A stretch of 46,866 nucleotides of DNA from an uncultured Gemmatimonadales bacterium (GTDB taxonomy: Bacteria; Gemmatimonadota; Gemmatimonadetes; Gemmatimonadales; GWC2-71-9): positions 1 through 46,866 of the forward strand of contig CAWJMT010000034.1 of assembly GCA_963844035.1 (NCBI GenBank), given 5' to 3'. Positions within the stretch are counted from its first letter, which is position 1; each line of letters starts with the position of its first letter. The notes beneath the pieces were generated by a model. It searched no databases, was not told the DNA's origin, and saw nothing but the letters and a program-made list of their open reading frames with translations. Shown here in pieces: positions 23,675 through 33,265 of this stretch. Both the position numbers and the translations under genes were made by a program.

Positions 23675-26014
23675 ATGTCGGTTTCCGATGGGTCTGGCGA
23701 AGATGCGCGACGACTGTCTTGGTGGCTGGAGGACCAGCTGCGTGAGGCTCGGGGTTCGGACCTCGATGGCGACCGCCTAGCGCGACTTCTTGCCGAGGCC
23801 GAGACCCGCGGACTCGATACCTCCTGGCCGTCAATCTATCGCTGGGCGTCCGTCTCGCCGACGCTCGCGCGTGGCACGATGTGCCTGCCGCCGCTGTATG
23901 TGCTTGAGTTCCTGAGCGGTCTCTTCGAGCAAGCCAAGCCCAAGCGCATGCTCGATCCATGGGCAGCCGGCGGCATCCTCTTGGCGTCCCTGCTTCACCG
24001 TGGCGTTGCCGCTGCGGGAGTCGCGGTCGTCCGCCAAGAGATCAGTGGTCTGGAAGCCCTTCTTCCGAGCAGGCCCGCTACCGACTTGGTCCATGGCGAC
24101 CCGCTTGCCATTCTCGATACTGACCTCGGCGAATTCGAGGCAATGGTCTGCGTGCCGCCATTGGGTATGAAGCCAGCCCTCCATGCCCTTCAGTCGGACG
24201 ACGGCCCCGTGGAGCTCAGGGCAGACCCGGCGGTGCTGGCCCTAATTGCAGGGAGCAGACTCCTCACAAGCGATGGGATCGGCGCGGCCGTGGTGCCCTG
24301 GAGAGTGCGCCAGACTCTGGTCGCAGAGCTACCTCGATTTGACTTCCATGTGTCTGCACTCGTTGCGCTGCCTCCGGCGACCCGCATCGGATCTGCTGCG
24401 GTTCCGCTAGAAATCGTCGTCTGGTCGCGCGAGGTGCGGGAGTCGGTCTTCGTTGGTCGGCTCTCTGCGGAAGCCGGCAATGCTGCGCTGCTGGACAATC
24501 TGACTGCGCGCAAGCCCGGGGACGCTCCGGAGATCGGCCGACTTGTTTCCCCTGAGGACTACGTTTCCTTCGACCGTCTTGTCCTCGATGAGGAGATGCG
24601 CCGAAGTGCTAATGAGTCTGGCGGCAAGATTGTGGGTCTGGGCGAAGTCGCCATCGAAATGAACCTTGGCAAGCGATCTGAAGACGGCGGCTTTGAGTCA
24701 CTACCCAATGCCGTCTACCTGCCGCTGATCGGCGAGAGTCCCGTGGTCACGTCGATCTCGGACCTTCGCATCAAGCCGCAGAACTATGTCCAAGTCGTGC
24801 TTGATCCAGAATGCGCTCTCGCCGAATATGCGGCTGGGTGGCTGGACTCCGAGATCGGTCGCGCAGTTCGCCGGGCGGCGACGAGCGGCTTCATTCCGAA
24901 GCTGTCGAAGGGAAGCCTTGAGCACGTTCGGGTCGTCCTGCCTACGGTCGAGGTCCAGGCCGAGACCGTACAGGCGCACCGCATGATCCTCGAGGTTGAG
25001 CAACGCTTGCTCGATCTACGTCATGGTCTGTGGGAGCGTCCGGGCGCCGCAGACGCCGTCGGAGAGGAACTCCGGGACCAAAGCGAGTCGAGCTTCGACA
25101 GCTGGGTGGAGTCACTGCCGTTTCCCATCGCATCGATTCTGAGGCGGTACGAGATCGACCTCACGGCCGAGCATAGGGTTGAGTACCTTCGCCGGTGCTT
25201 CGAGGCCACAGCTCAGTTCACTGCAATCGTGCTCTTGAGCGGTTTCAGCTCCGATTCGGACTACTTCTCTCTCAACCGTGCGGCGCTCATAGGTGCAGGA
25301 TACGAGGCGCCCGAAACAGGGACCTTCGGGAGCTGGTTGCTGCTCGTTGAGCGGCTCGCGAAGCGAGCACGTCAGATGCTCAACGGAAGCGACGAGGAAG
25401 TAAGGGACCTCTGCCTCGACCTGTTCAGGGCGGATCGACGCAACTTGCTCGACGCGATCTGCTCGAAGGACCTGACGCGCACCCTGGGCATTGCCAAGGG
25501 CTACCGGGATAGGTGGGAAGGGCACGGCGGTACGGCAAACGAGGAGGAATGCGCGCGCCGATTGGTCCCTCTTGAGGCTGAACTGGTGCGACTTCGGCGC
25601 ACTCTTGCGGAGGCGTTCGACGGATGGACTCTAGTGCAGCCAGGCGGGTTTGAGTTGGAGCATGGTGTCTACGTGTGCGAGGTCGAGTGTCTGACCGGGA
25701 GCAACATCATGTTCGCCTCGCGCTCCGTGAGGCTCCTGAGACCCATGGACAAGGCGCACCTCTACATGCTGGACCTCAAGGCGGACTGGCCCCGACCGAT
25801 TCGCTTGGTGCCGCTCGTTCGCATGACCGCCGTGCCGCGTACCGAGGATCGTGCGTGCTACTTCTACAGCCGGGTCCTCAGCGCAAAGGCGTCCGAGATC
25901 CGCTGGATCTCGCATCACTTCACGCCAAAACCGGAAGACGATACCTGCGACCCAGACGTGCTCGAACTGGTTCTCAGTCTCGGGACGGCCGTCAAGCGCA
26001 CGTTTGGTAGCTGA
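23675..26014 (+). CDS. 779-aa protein: degenerate N6-MTase fold + HsdS-like TRD + uncharacterised (HEPN-like?) C-terminus
   Basis: GAGGAGG RBS + ATG 23675. MLDPWAAGGILL (motif I-like), VCVPPLG (NPPF position), EYAAGWLDSEIG...SGFIPKLSKGSLEHVRVVLPTVEVQ (TRD/spacer-like), YRDRWEGHGG. Confidence 0.75.
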   Translation: MSVSDGSGEDARRLSWWLEDQLREARGSDLDGDRLARLLAEAETRGLDTSWPSIYRWASVSPTLARGTMCLPPLYVLEFLSGLFEQAKPKRMLDPWAAGGILLASLLHRGVAAAGVAVVRQEISGLEALLPSRPATDLVHGDPLAILDTDLGEFEAMVCVPPLGMKPALHALQSDDGPVELRADPAVLALIAGSRLLTSDGIGAAVVPWRVRQTLVAELPRFDFHVSALVALPPATRIGSAAVPLEIVVWSREVRESVFVGRLSAEAGNAALLDNLTARKPGDAPEIGRLVSPEDYVSFDRLVLDEEMRRSANESGGKIVGLGEVAIEMNLGKRSEDGGFESLPNAVYLPLIGESPVVTSISDLRIKPQNYVQVVLDPECALAEYAAGWLDSEIGRAVRRAATSGFIPKLSKGSLEHVRVVLPTVEVQAETVQAHRMILEVEQRLLDLRHGLWERPGAADAVGEELRDQSESSFDSWVESLPFPIASILRRYEIDLTAEHRVEYLRRCFEATAQFTAIVLLSGFSSDSDYFSLNRAALIGAGYEAPETGTFGSWLLLVERLAKRARQMLNGSDEEVRDLCLDLFRADRRNLLDAICSKDLTRTLGIAKGYRDRWEGHGGTANEEECARRLVPLEAELVRLRRTLAEAFDGWTLVQPGGFELEHGVYVCEVECLTGSNIMFASRSVRLLRPMDKAHLYMLDLKADWPRPIRLVPLVRMTAVPRTEDRACYFYSRVLSAKASEIRWISHHFTPKPEDDTCDPDVLELVLSLGTAVKRTFGS

Positions 26015-26039
26015 GGCGGAGCTGAGGGTCGCGCGTGAG

Positions 26040-26231
26040 GTCGGCATTGCGTCGGCACCGTGGGGCAAACGCCTGCTCGCGGCGGCATTCTCGGCGCCAA
26101 GCACGTCTTCTTCACCTCCAACACTCCTCGGAAGCGTGGGGCGTCGGCATGCGGTCGGCAGGCGCTGAGGAATGCCTGCACGTCGGCACTTTCGCTCGGC
26201 AGGGCACGTTCTCAAGACCTCCATCACCCCT
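26040..26231 (+). repeat. Two degenerate 103-bp tandem units resembling recombination sites
   Basis: Both read GTCGGCA-N4-GTCGGCA-N13-GCCTGC-N24-GCACGT-N7-ACCTCCAWCAC-Y-CCT. Units start at 26040 and 26143. Confidence 0.75.
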
Positions 26232-26293
26232 GGCCTTTGTGCGCCGGCTCACCTGAACCTCGTAGAGCTCGTCGCCGGCGCTCGCGCACGCTC

Positions 26294-26470
26294 ATGGCGC
26301 GCTACAACCGGGCGAACCGCTCTCACCCGCGCGATGCGCTGACCGCCTATGGGGTCGAGGCCGACCGTGTCAATGTCTGGCAGACCGTCGGCAAGCTGCG
26401 GCGCCGGCACGGGCTCGTGCTGCGCGGCGAGTTACGGGAGCCCGGCGAGGCGCTCAGTCGGCGCCGATGA
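26294..26470 (+). pseudogene. Possible winged-helix gene remnant
   Basis: ADRVNVWQTVGKLRRRHGLVLRGE..EPG resembles an OmpR-type recognition helix and wing. No clear start. Confidence 0.3.
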
Positions 26471-26472
26471 CA

Positions 26473-27054
26473 CTAGTCCAGGTGCAGAGCAGACAGCAGT
26501 TCATCCATCACAGCTACTTGTCGTTCCGGAGGCCACTTGCCGGGATTCTCAACCGCGCCGATGCTGATTCCGTGCGCGGCGGCGCGGAGTATGTCGACGA
26601 CGAGCTCCTGCTGGTGCGTTTCGACTAGGCCGTCGAGATGACCCCTGATCATGTCTCGCATCCAGGTGTCCATATCGTTGCGAAGCTTTGCCCCGACCGG
26701 CGACATCTCACCGATTGCGGAGGCGACCATCTGAAACCACGCCCGCTCTTCTAGGAGACCTTCTTCATCAAGAGGCAGCATCCACATCAGGGTGCCTCGA
26801 AGTGCTGCTGCGGCGTCGGGGATCGCATCGAGCGAGTCCAGGTCTGTCTGCCAGCGCGCTAGCAGCGCCGGCCCGATGTCGTCGAGGAGTGACTGTCGCG
26901 TCGGGTAGTAGTGCGTGACCATTGTGACCGTCCCGCCTAGCCTCTTGGCCAACGCGCGCATCGTCAGGCCCTTGACCCCCGCCTCACCCATGAGGGCGAC
27001 CGCTGCCTCGGCGATTTCCGTGCGCCGTTCGTCGTGATTCACCTGGCGTGGCAC
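26473..27054 (-). CDS. TetR/AcrR family regulator (BetI-like)
   Basis: MPRQVNHDERRTEIAEAA...GLTMRALAKRLGGTVTMVTHYYPTRQSLL. Confidence 0.93.
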   Translation of the reverse strand: MPRQVNHDERRTEIAEAAVALMGEAGVKGLTMRALAKRLGGTVTMVTHYYPTRQSLLDDIGPALLARWQTDLDSLDAIPDAAAALRGTLMWMLPLDEEGLLEERAWFQMVASAIGEMSPVGAKLRNDMDTWMRDMIRGHLDGLVETHQQELVVDILRAAAHGISIGAVENPGKWPPERQVAVMDELLSALHLD

Positions 27055-27124
27055 TCGCGTCCCCTTCCGTGGCCGAGCGGATTGTACGGCGTTTCATGCT
27101 TCAGAAAAAAGACGCCGACTTAGC

Positions 27125-27163
27125 TTGACTTGGTATAACAGCCGTAATATAACACCTGGAATA
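27125..27163 (+). promoter_or_regulatory. Sigma70-type promoter overlapped by two putative TetR operators
   Basis: TTGACT (27125-30)-N17-TATAAC (27148-53). Quasi-palindromes TATAACAGCCGTAATA (27134-49) and TATAACACCTGGAATA (27148-63). Confidence 0.7.
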
Positions 27164-27184
27164 AATAACCGCTAGGGGGAGCGC

Positions 27185-28672
27185 ATGAGCCTTGTGCCTG
27201 CAGTCCAGATGGCCTCGACCGAGCGAATGCTCGCGTGGGTGGACGCTCTTGTCGCGCTCAGCCCAAGACTCCCGACAACTGAGGGAGGGCAGAGAGCCTG
27301 CCGGTACCTGACTGAGGAGTTCGAGCGTGCCGGGCTCGAAGGGGTCACTGTCGACGAGACACCGACGCTAGTTTGGACGGCGCGTGCCTATGGTCTAGCC
27401 GTCGAGGGGCGCGACTTTCCTTGCCACCCGATGACCCACAGCTTCTCGGACGCTCGGCCTGGGGAATTCGCCACCCCGACCGGAGGCCTGGCCGCTCCCT
27501 TCGTCTTCATCGGAGACGGGGGGCTGGAGGACTTCGAGAACACAGACGTCGAGGGCAAAGTCGTAGTCGCGCAGGGGAGATTCGAGAAGATCTATGCGGA
27601 TGGCCGGTCCTACCACTTCCAAGGCCCCTCGCCCGCCGGCCGCGGCGAGGACTTCGTGCTGGACGTCTACTCGCCGAACACCTTCCCGGCGAACTACTAC
27701 AGAGCGGTCGAAGCCGGAGCCGTAGGCTTCGTCTGCGTCCTCTCTGATTACTATCGCGATCGGGACAGCTACTCGAACGAGGCCTACGACGCCTACAATG
27801 GCTCGCCGCTGACGATTCCCGGTCTATGGGTGAGCCCTTCGACGGGCGAAGCGCTGCGTGACGCCATTGAATCTTCCGGAGGCGAGGTAGACGGCAGGCT
27901 GCTGCTGGAGGGGTCGTCGCATGAGGCGACCAGCCGGACTGTCCTCGGCCACCTCTCCGGGTCGGGACCCAACCGCCACGAGACAATTCTCATCGAGTCG
28001 CACTACGATTCGGCTACGCCAGGCGCCGTCCAGGATGCATCGGGCATCTCTGCAGTGCTGGCCATCGCGGACTACTTCGCCCAGGTTCCGCTCGAGAGTC
28101 GCAATCGCAGCCTGCTCTTCTGCGCCTTCGATACTCACTCCGGCGACTACGCTGCTCATCACAACTTCGTTGAGTCGCACCTCGAGCAGGACAACGTTGT
28201 CTTCGTCGCCAGCATCGAGCACATCGGCCTGGACGTTGTGGACGGGCCGTCGGGGCCGGTCGTGACCGAGTACAGCGTCCCACGCCTGTTGTGGGTGTCG
28301 CCAGTCGATCAGCTCATCGAGATCGCCATTGACGCGGTCAAAGCGAACGAGGTGGAGCGGACCAACATCTTGCCGGCCGACTACAACCCGGACGAGCTCC
28401 CGTGCGACGCGGATCACATCTATCAGGCCGGGGTGCCAGCGCTCAGCCTTGTCGGAGTTCCCGTGTACATCTACGACGAGATCGACACGACGGACAAGGT
28501 GAACCGGCGACAGCTCCGCCCCACAGCGCAGGCGTTTGCCGACGCCGTTGCCCGCATCGACCGATTGCCGGCGGACGTCTTGGCTCAGGCCAAGCGACCG
28601 CCAAGAGACACATCAGCGCGGCGAACATGGAGGTCGCGATGGCACGCGACAACTACCGTCTCGCGCGACTAG
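27185..28672 (+). CDS. M28 family metallopeptidase with PA domain
   Basis: APFVFIGDG...DVEGKVVV (PA domain); ILIESHYDS...PGAVQDASG; DTTDKVN. Confidence 0.8.
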   Translation: MSLVPAVQMASTERMLAWVDALVALSPRLPTTEGGQRACRYLTEEFERAGLEGVTVDETPTLVWTARAYGLAVEGRDFPCHPMTHSFSDARPGEFATPTGGLAAPFVFIGDGGLEDFENTDVEGKVVVAQGRFEKIYADGRSYHFQGPSPAGRGEDFVLDVYSPNTFPANYYRAVEAGAVGFVCVLSDYYRDRDSYSNEAYDAYNGSPLTIPGLWVSPSTGEALRDAIESSGGEVDGRLLLEGSSHEATSRTVLGHLSGSGPNRHETILIESHYDSATPGAVQDASGISAVLAIADYFAQVPLESRNRSLLFCAFDTHSGDYAAHHNFVESHLEQDNVVFVASIEHIGLDVVDGPSGPVVTEYSVPRLLWVSPVDQLIEIAIDAVKANEVERTNILPADYNPDELPCDADHIYQAGVPALSLVGVPVYIYDEIDTTDKVNRRQLRPTAQAFADAVARIDRLPADVLAQAKRPPRDTSARRTWRSRWHATTTVSRD

Positions 28673-28713
28673 TAGTTCACACTGACCAGGGAATCCGTTC
28701 AAGGGGGAAGACG

Positions 28714-30387
28714 ATGAGGCGCATGCAGAAATCCTGTTCCGCGCGCAGTCACACGGCCGTTGTTGTGTTGATGGCGTTGACCATCGCGGCCGCAGCTGCT
28801 CTGCTTCTGACGGCCTGTGGCAGCTCCAGTGGTAGCACATCGACCACGAGCAGTTCGCCGACAGCCTTGGCGGCAGTGGTCGGCGAGGCCGCGGGCGACA
28901 TTGACCAGCTCACATGGGATTCTCCCTACGGTGAGCCAGACACTCTCGATCCAAGAAACGCCGTCTGGTATCCAAATCTGCTCCTCACCGGCAACTTGGT
29001 CGACACGCTCGTCCGTACTACCCCTGAAGGCGAGATGGCACCTGGAATCGCGGAAAGCTGGAGCCAGCCGGACGACAAGACCTTGGTGCTCAAGATCCGC
29101 GAGGACGTGAAGTTCTGGGACGGCAATCAGCTCACCGCCGCTGACGTCGTCTATTCACTGCAGCGCGCAGGAGCGCCTGACTCGTACACCGCCGCCAACT
29201 ACACGTTCGTCAAGGCGATCAAGGCCACCGGCGACTACGAGGTCACTGTGTCGTTCAAGAGCCCGGACGAACTCTTCCTCAAGGAGATGGCGACCGGCTC
29301 AGGCGGCATCATCGAGAAGAAGTGGGCGGAGAAGGCGGGGAAGTCAGTCGGAACGCCCAAGGGCGGGATCATGGCGAGTGGGCCTTTCAAGCTTGAGAAG
29401 TGGACGCCAGGTCAGAGCATCGAGCTCTCCCGCAACGACCTCTACTGGGATTCCGCCTATCGCGCGCACGCCGCGGCGGTCTCCGTCAAGTTCGTGTCCG
29501 ACTCCACAGCTCTGGCACAGGCTCTCATCGCAGGCGAGATCGATGGAGCGTACGAGGTGCCAGCGTCCATCATCCCCCGTCTGAGCGACTCCTCGACCGG
29601 CGCACTGCAGCTCGGTCCGTCCCAGCAGTTCCTCGAGTTCGGACGCATTCGGCCCGATGGGCCGCTGGCTAACGCCAAGCTCTGCGAGGGCCTCTTCAAG
29701 GCCGTGGATCGAGAAGGCCTGGCAAAGGTGATCTTCAACGGCGCCGCAGAGGCGAACTACACCATGCTCTCCCCTGGGATCTGGGATCCGGAGGCATATG
29801 ACCAGTGGAAGCAGGCGTACCAGCCGTACGTGCAGGCGAACGCCTACGATGTGGAAGCGGCCAAGAAGCTCGTAGCAGAGAGCGGATACTCGGGAGAGCC
29901 GATCCAGCTCGTCATCCAGGCCGGCGATTCCACCCAGGAGCAGACCGGGCAGCTGATCCAGGAAGAGGCCAGAGCGGTCGGTATCACGATCGAGATCAAG
30001 ACTCTGCAACCACTCGAGTACTCGAATATCTGGATCGATCCTCAGGCGCGGAAGCCGTACGACCTCTACGTGGTGATGGCCTTCAACGGACGGCCTGATC
30101 CCGTCGAGTTGCTCAACTTCGTCTTCGTGACGCCGGTGTACAACTACACTGAGTACAACAATCCCCAGGTCACCGCTCTGATCGAAGAGGCGAGGGCGTC
30201 ATCAGATCCAGCAAAGCGCACCGACTTGCTGATTCAGGCGCAGACCATCTATGAGCCCGACAATGTGCTCACCAGCCTTGTGATGCCGTACGAGATCAGC
30301 TACCTGAACGGCGACTACACCGGCATGATCACTTCGTTCAACTATGCGTTCCTGCCGTCACTCGCCACGATCGGCTCGGCGAAGTAG
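28714..30387 (+). CDS. Peptide/nickel ABC transporter substrate-binding lipoprotein (family 5)
   Basis: Lipobox LLLTAC; PGIAESW, VKFWDGNQLTAADVVYSL, SGPFKLEKW. Confidence 0.93.
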   Translation: MRRMQKSCSARSHTAVVVLMALTIAAAAALLLTACGSSSGSTSTTSSSPTALAAVVGEAAGDIDQLTWDSPYGEPDTLDPRNAVWYPNLLLTGNLVDTLVRTTPEGEMAPGIAESWSQPDDKTLVLKIREDVKFWDGNQLTAADVVYSLQRAGAPDSYTAANYTFVKAIKATGDYEVTVSFKSPDELFLKEMATGSGGIIEKKWAEKAGKSVGTPKGGIMASGPFKLEKWTPGQSIELSRNDLYWDSAYRAHAAAVSVKFVSDSTALAQALIAGEIDGAYEVPASIIPRLSDSSTGALQLGPSQQFLEFGRIRPDGPLANAKLCEGLFKAVDREGLAKVIFNGAAEANYTMLSPGIWDPEAYDQWKQAYQPYVQANAYDVEAAKKLVAESGYSGEPIQLVIQAGDSTQEQTGQLIQEEARAVGITIEIKTLQPLEYSNIWIDPQARKPYDLYVVMAFNGRPDPVELLNFVFVTPVYNYTEYNNPQVTALIEEARASSDPAKRTDLLIQAQTIYEPDNVLTSLVMPYEISYLNGDYTGMITSFNYAFLPSLATIGSAK

Positions 30388-30411
30388 AGGGCGAAAGGGA
30401 CAAGGCGATCG

Positions 30412-31392
30412 GTGTCAGCCGCGGCGATGAGCAAGTCGATGGCAGGTAGAGGCGGACGAGGCGCCCTGAGGTGGGTGGTGGCTCCGCTCGCCACGATCCT
30501 GGTGGCATCCTTCATCGTCTTCGCGGCAATCGCCGCCGCGCCGGGCGACCCTGTGGCCCGGATGCTCGGGGCCAAGTCGACCTTGGCGCAGCGAGCTGCG
30601 CTACGGCATGAGCTTGGCCTCGACCAGGCTCTCGTGGAGAGGTACTGGCACTGGCTGACCGGCCTCGCGCAAGGCGACCTTGGCTCGTCCCTCACCTACA
30701 AGGCGCCCGTCACGACTCTGCTCTCCGGTCGGGTGTCCGTGACGCTCTTCCTCGTCATCTACGCAGCCATCTTGGTGATTGCGGTAGGCGTGGGGCTCGG
30801 CATCGTGGGAGGCGCGTTCAGGAAGATGGGCTCTCCGGTCGCCGGCCTCACAGCCGTCGGAGTCGCCGTGCCCAGCTTCGTCGCGGCACAAATCTTGGTA
30901 GCTGTCTTCGCGCTCGGACTCGGGTGGTTCCCGACGATTGGCGCGGGCGACAGTTTCGGAGACCGCGTCTGGCATCTCACACTGCCGGCCATTGCGCTTG
31001 CGATAGGGGCGGGCGCCTACGTCGCGCAAATCACACGCGCGTCCGTCTTCGAGGAGCGCTCTCGCGAGCACGTCGAGGTCGCCCGCGGACGTGGCGTCCC
31101 TGAATCCGTCATCTTCCGTCGCCATGTGCTGCGGAACGCCTTCGTGCCCATCATGACGGTCTCCGCTATGACTGCTGCTGGGCTGATCGCAGGGGCTGTG
31201 GTCGTCGAGTATGCGTTTGGTCTCAGTGGGCTCGGCTCACTGCTGGTCGAAAGCGTCTCGAACAAGGACTACGACGTGGTCCTCGCAATCGTCATGTTCC
31301 TGCTCATCGTCTTCGTGGCGACGATGGCATTGATCGACATCGTGCAGATCCTCGTGGATCCCCGTTTGCGCGACAGGGGGACGACCTCATGA
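30412..31392 (+). CDS. ABC permease (DppB/OppB-like)
   Basis: APGDP, GDLGSS, ARGRGV...RHVLRNA, DPRLR. The start may be 30428 or 30439. Confidence 0.93.
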   Translation: MSAAAMSKSMAGRGGRGALRWVVAPLATILVASFIVFAAIAAAPGDPVARMLGAKSTLAQRAALRHELGLDQALVERYWHWLTGLAQGDLGSSLTYKAPVTTLLSGRVSVTLFLVIYAAILVIAVGVGLGIVGGAFRKMGSPVAGLTAVGVAVPSFVAAQILVAVFALGLGWFPTIGAGDSFGDRVWHLTLPAIALAIGAGAYVAQITRASVFEERSREHVEVARGRGVPESVIFRRHVLRNAFVPIMTVSAMTAAGLIAGAVVVEYAFGLSGLGSLLVESVSNKDYDVVLAIVMFLLIVFVATMALIDIVQILVDPRLRDRGTTS

Positions 31393-32258
31393 GTCAAGTG
31401 GCCATGCCCCGCCCCAGACGCCTTTCCTTGGGAGCGCGTCTTGGCCAGACCGTCAAGGAAGACCCGGTGCTCCTCATCTCCGGCGCTCTTTGTCTCCTGC
31501 TCGTGCTGCTCATCTTCGCAGGGCCTCTCTTGGCGCCCAACGACCCGAGACAGACGGATATCCTGAATGCGAATCAGGGGACCTCCGGTGCGCATTGGTT
31601 GGGGACCGACCAACTTGGACGAGACATCCTGTCCCGGGTGCTCTACGGGGCGCGGGCAAGCCTGGTGGGCGCTGCGGTGGTCGCTGTCTTCGGAGCTGTA
31701 CTCGGGACAGCCATGGCGATCGTGTCCGCTTGGTACGGCAGGTGGGTGGACAGCGGTTTGATGTACTTCGCGAACATCCTGTTCGCGGTGCCGGCCATAC
31801 TCATCGCCATCGTGGCCGTCGCGGCGTTCGGAGCGGGCCTTCTCGCTCCCGTGATCGCCCTGTCGATCGCATACGCGCCCTACTACGCGCGAGTCATGCG
31901 CGCCATCGCCGTTCAGGAACGGACGAAGCCCTACATCGAGGCGAACCTCTTGGCGGGGTTCTCGATTCCGCGCATTTGGCTGTATCACTTCCTGCCGAAC
32001 ATGCGGCCCATCCTGATCGCGCAGGTGACGGTCTGCTACGGGTTCGCCCTCCTCGATCTCGCGGCGATCTCATTCTTGGGCTTCGGCGTCCAGCCGCCCA
32101 CTGCCGAATGGGGTCGCATGGTGTCGGAGGCGCGCTCGGCTCTTCTCAATGGCTACCCGCAGGCGGCGCTTTCGGCCGGGGCCATGATCGTGCTTGCGGT
32201 GGTCGCTTTCGTCGTCTTCGGCGAGAGGCTCTCGGCCCGAGCCAAGAGGGACGCATGA
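31389..32258 (+). CDS. ABC permease (DppC/OppC-like)
   Basis: HWLGTDQLGRDILSRVLYGARASL; SFLGFGVQPPTAEWG. Confidence 0.94.
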   Translation: MSQVAMPRPRRLSLGARLGQTVKEDPVLLISGALCLLLVLLIFAGPLLAPNDPRQTDILNANQGTSGAHWLGTDQLGRDILSRVLYGARASLVGAAVVAVFGAVLGTAMAIVSAWYGRWVDSGLMYFANILFAVPAILIAIVAVAAFGAGLLAPVIALSIAYAPYYARVMRAIAVQERTKPYIEANLLAGFSIPRIWLYHFLPNMRPILIAQVTVCYGFALLDLAAISFLGFGVQPPTAEWGRMVSEARSALLNGYPQAALSAGAMIVLAVVAFVVFGERLSARAKRDA

Positions 32259-33265
32259 GTGATCAGGCTCGCGGGCCGCTGCTCACCGTCGAGCATGTGA
32301 GTCTTGCTCTCAAAGTGCGTGGCGGGATGCGGAGGATACTGCAAGACATCTCCAGCTCCGTTCGCGCCGGTGAGTCTGTCGGCTTGGTCGGCGAATCCGG
32401 CTCCGGCAAGAGCATGACCATCAAGACGATACTGAGGCTCCTCCCCCCCGGTGCCCAGGTTGTCGGGAATGTGACTTTCGACGGTCAGCCCGTGCTTTCG
32501 ATGACCGGGTCGGCTCTCCGACGCTATCGTGCCCGCGACGTCGCGATGATCTATCAGGATCCCCGAGTGAGCGTGAATCCGCTGCGCACCATCGAAGACT
32601 TCCTGCTCGAGGGGCTGGTGACGGTGAATGGGATTGCTCCAGCGCAGGCCAGAGAGGCCGCCATCGAGCAGCTGCTTCAAGTCGGGATCCCCGACGCCGG
32701 GCGCCGGCTGCGGCAGTATCCGCACCAGCTGTCCGGTGGGCTGCTGCAGCGCGTCGTGATTGCCGCAGCGCTGCTGACTCAGCCTCGACTCATCCTTGCC
32801 GACGAGCCTACTACGGCCCTCGACGTGACCACCCAGGAGGAAGTCGTAGCCATCCTCGACGAGCAGCGCCGCGAGAGAGGCCTCGCCATGCTGTTTGTGA
32901 GTCACAATCTCGATCTCGCCGCCGCTGTGACGGACCGCATCGTCGTCATGTATGCAGGCGCGATTGTGGAGGACGCATCCTCCGCCGGCTTCTTCGAGAC
33001 CGCGCTTCATCCGTATGCCAGGGGTCTGCTGGCGGCGCGGCCGGGGATTCGTCGTGTCGATCGCCTCGCCGTAATACCCGGTCGGCCGGCCGCGGCGTTC
33101 GAGGTCGGTGACGGTTGCGTCTTTGTTGACCGCTGCGCCTATGCCGACGATCGCTGCAGGATGACGCGACCGCAGCTGCGCCCCGTCGCGGACCACCTCG
33201 TCGCCTGCCATCGAGTCGAGGAGCTCGTGGGGCAGGGACTCTATGAGGGAGTGACGATCGCGTGA
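32255..33265 (+). CDS. ABC ATPase (DppD/OppD-like)
   Basis: ATGA overlap; GESGSGKS, YPHQLSGG, ADEPTTALD, C-terminal Cys motif. Confidence 0.94.
   Translation: MSDQARGPLLTVEHVSLALKVRGGMRRILQDISSSVRAGESVGLVGESGSGKSMTIKTILRLLPPGAQVVGNVTFDGQPVLSMTGSALRRYRARDVAMIYQDPRVSVNPLRTIEDFLLEGLVTVNGIAPAQAREAAIEQLLQVGIPDAGRRLRQYPHQLSGGLLQRVVIAAALLTQPRLILADEPTTALDVTTQEEVVAILDEQRRERGLAMLFVSHNLDLAAAVTDRIVVMYAGAIVEDASSAGFFETALHPYARGLLAARPGIRRVDRLAVIPGRPAAAFEVGDGCVFVDRCAYADDRCRMTRPQLRPVADHLVACHRVEELVGQGLYEGVTIA

Noticed and set aside
21611..26014. 1467-aa HsdR-MTase fusion ORF
   Set aside because: Its middle is out-of-frame nonsense. HsdR ends at 23573 in another frame, and the downstream gene has its own RBS and ATG at 23675.
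26040..26231. CRISPR array
   Set aside because: Only two degenerate units, no identical 23-50 bp repeats, and no cas genes in the window.
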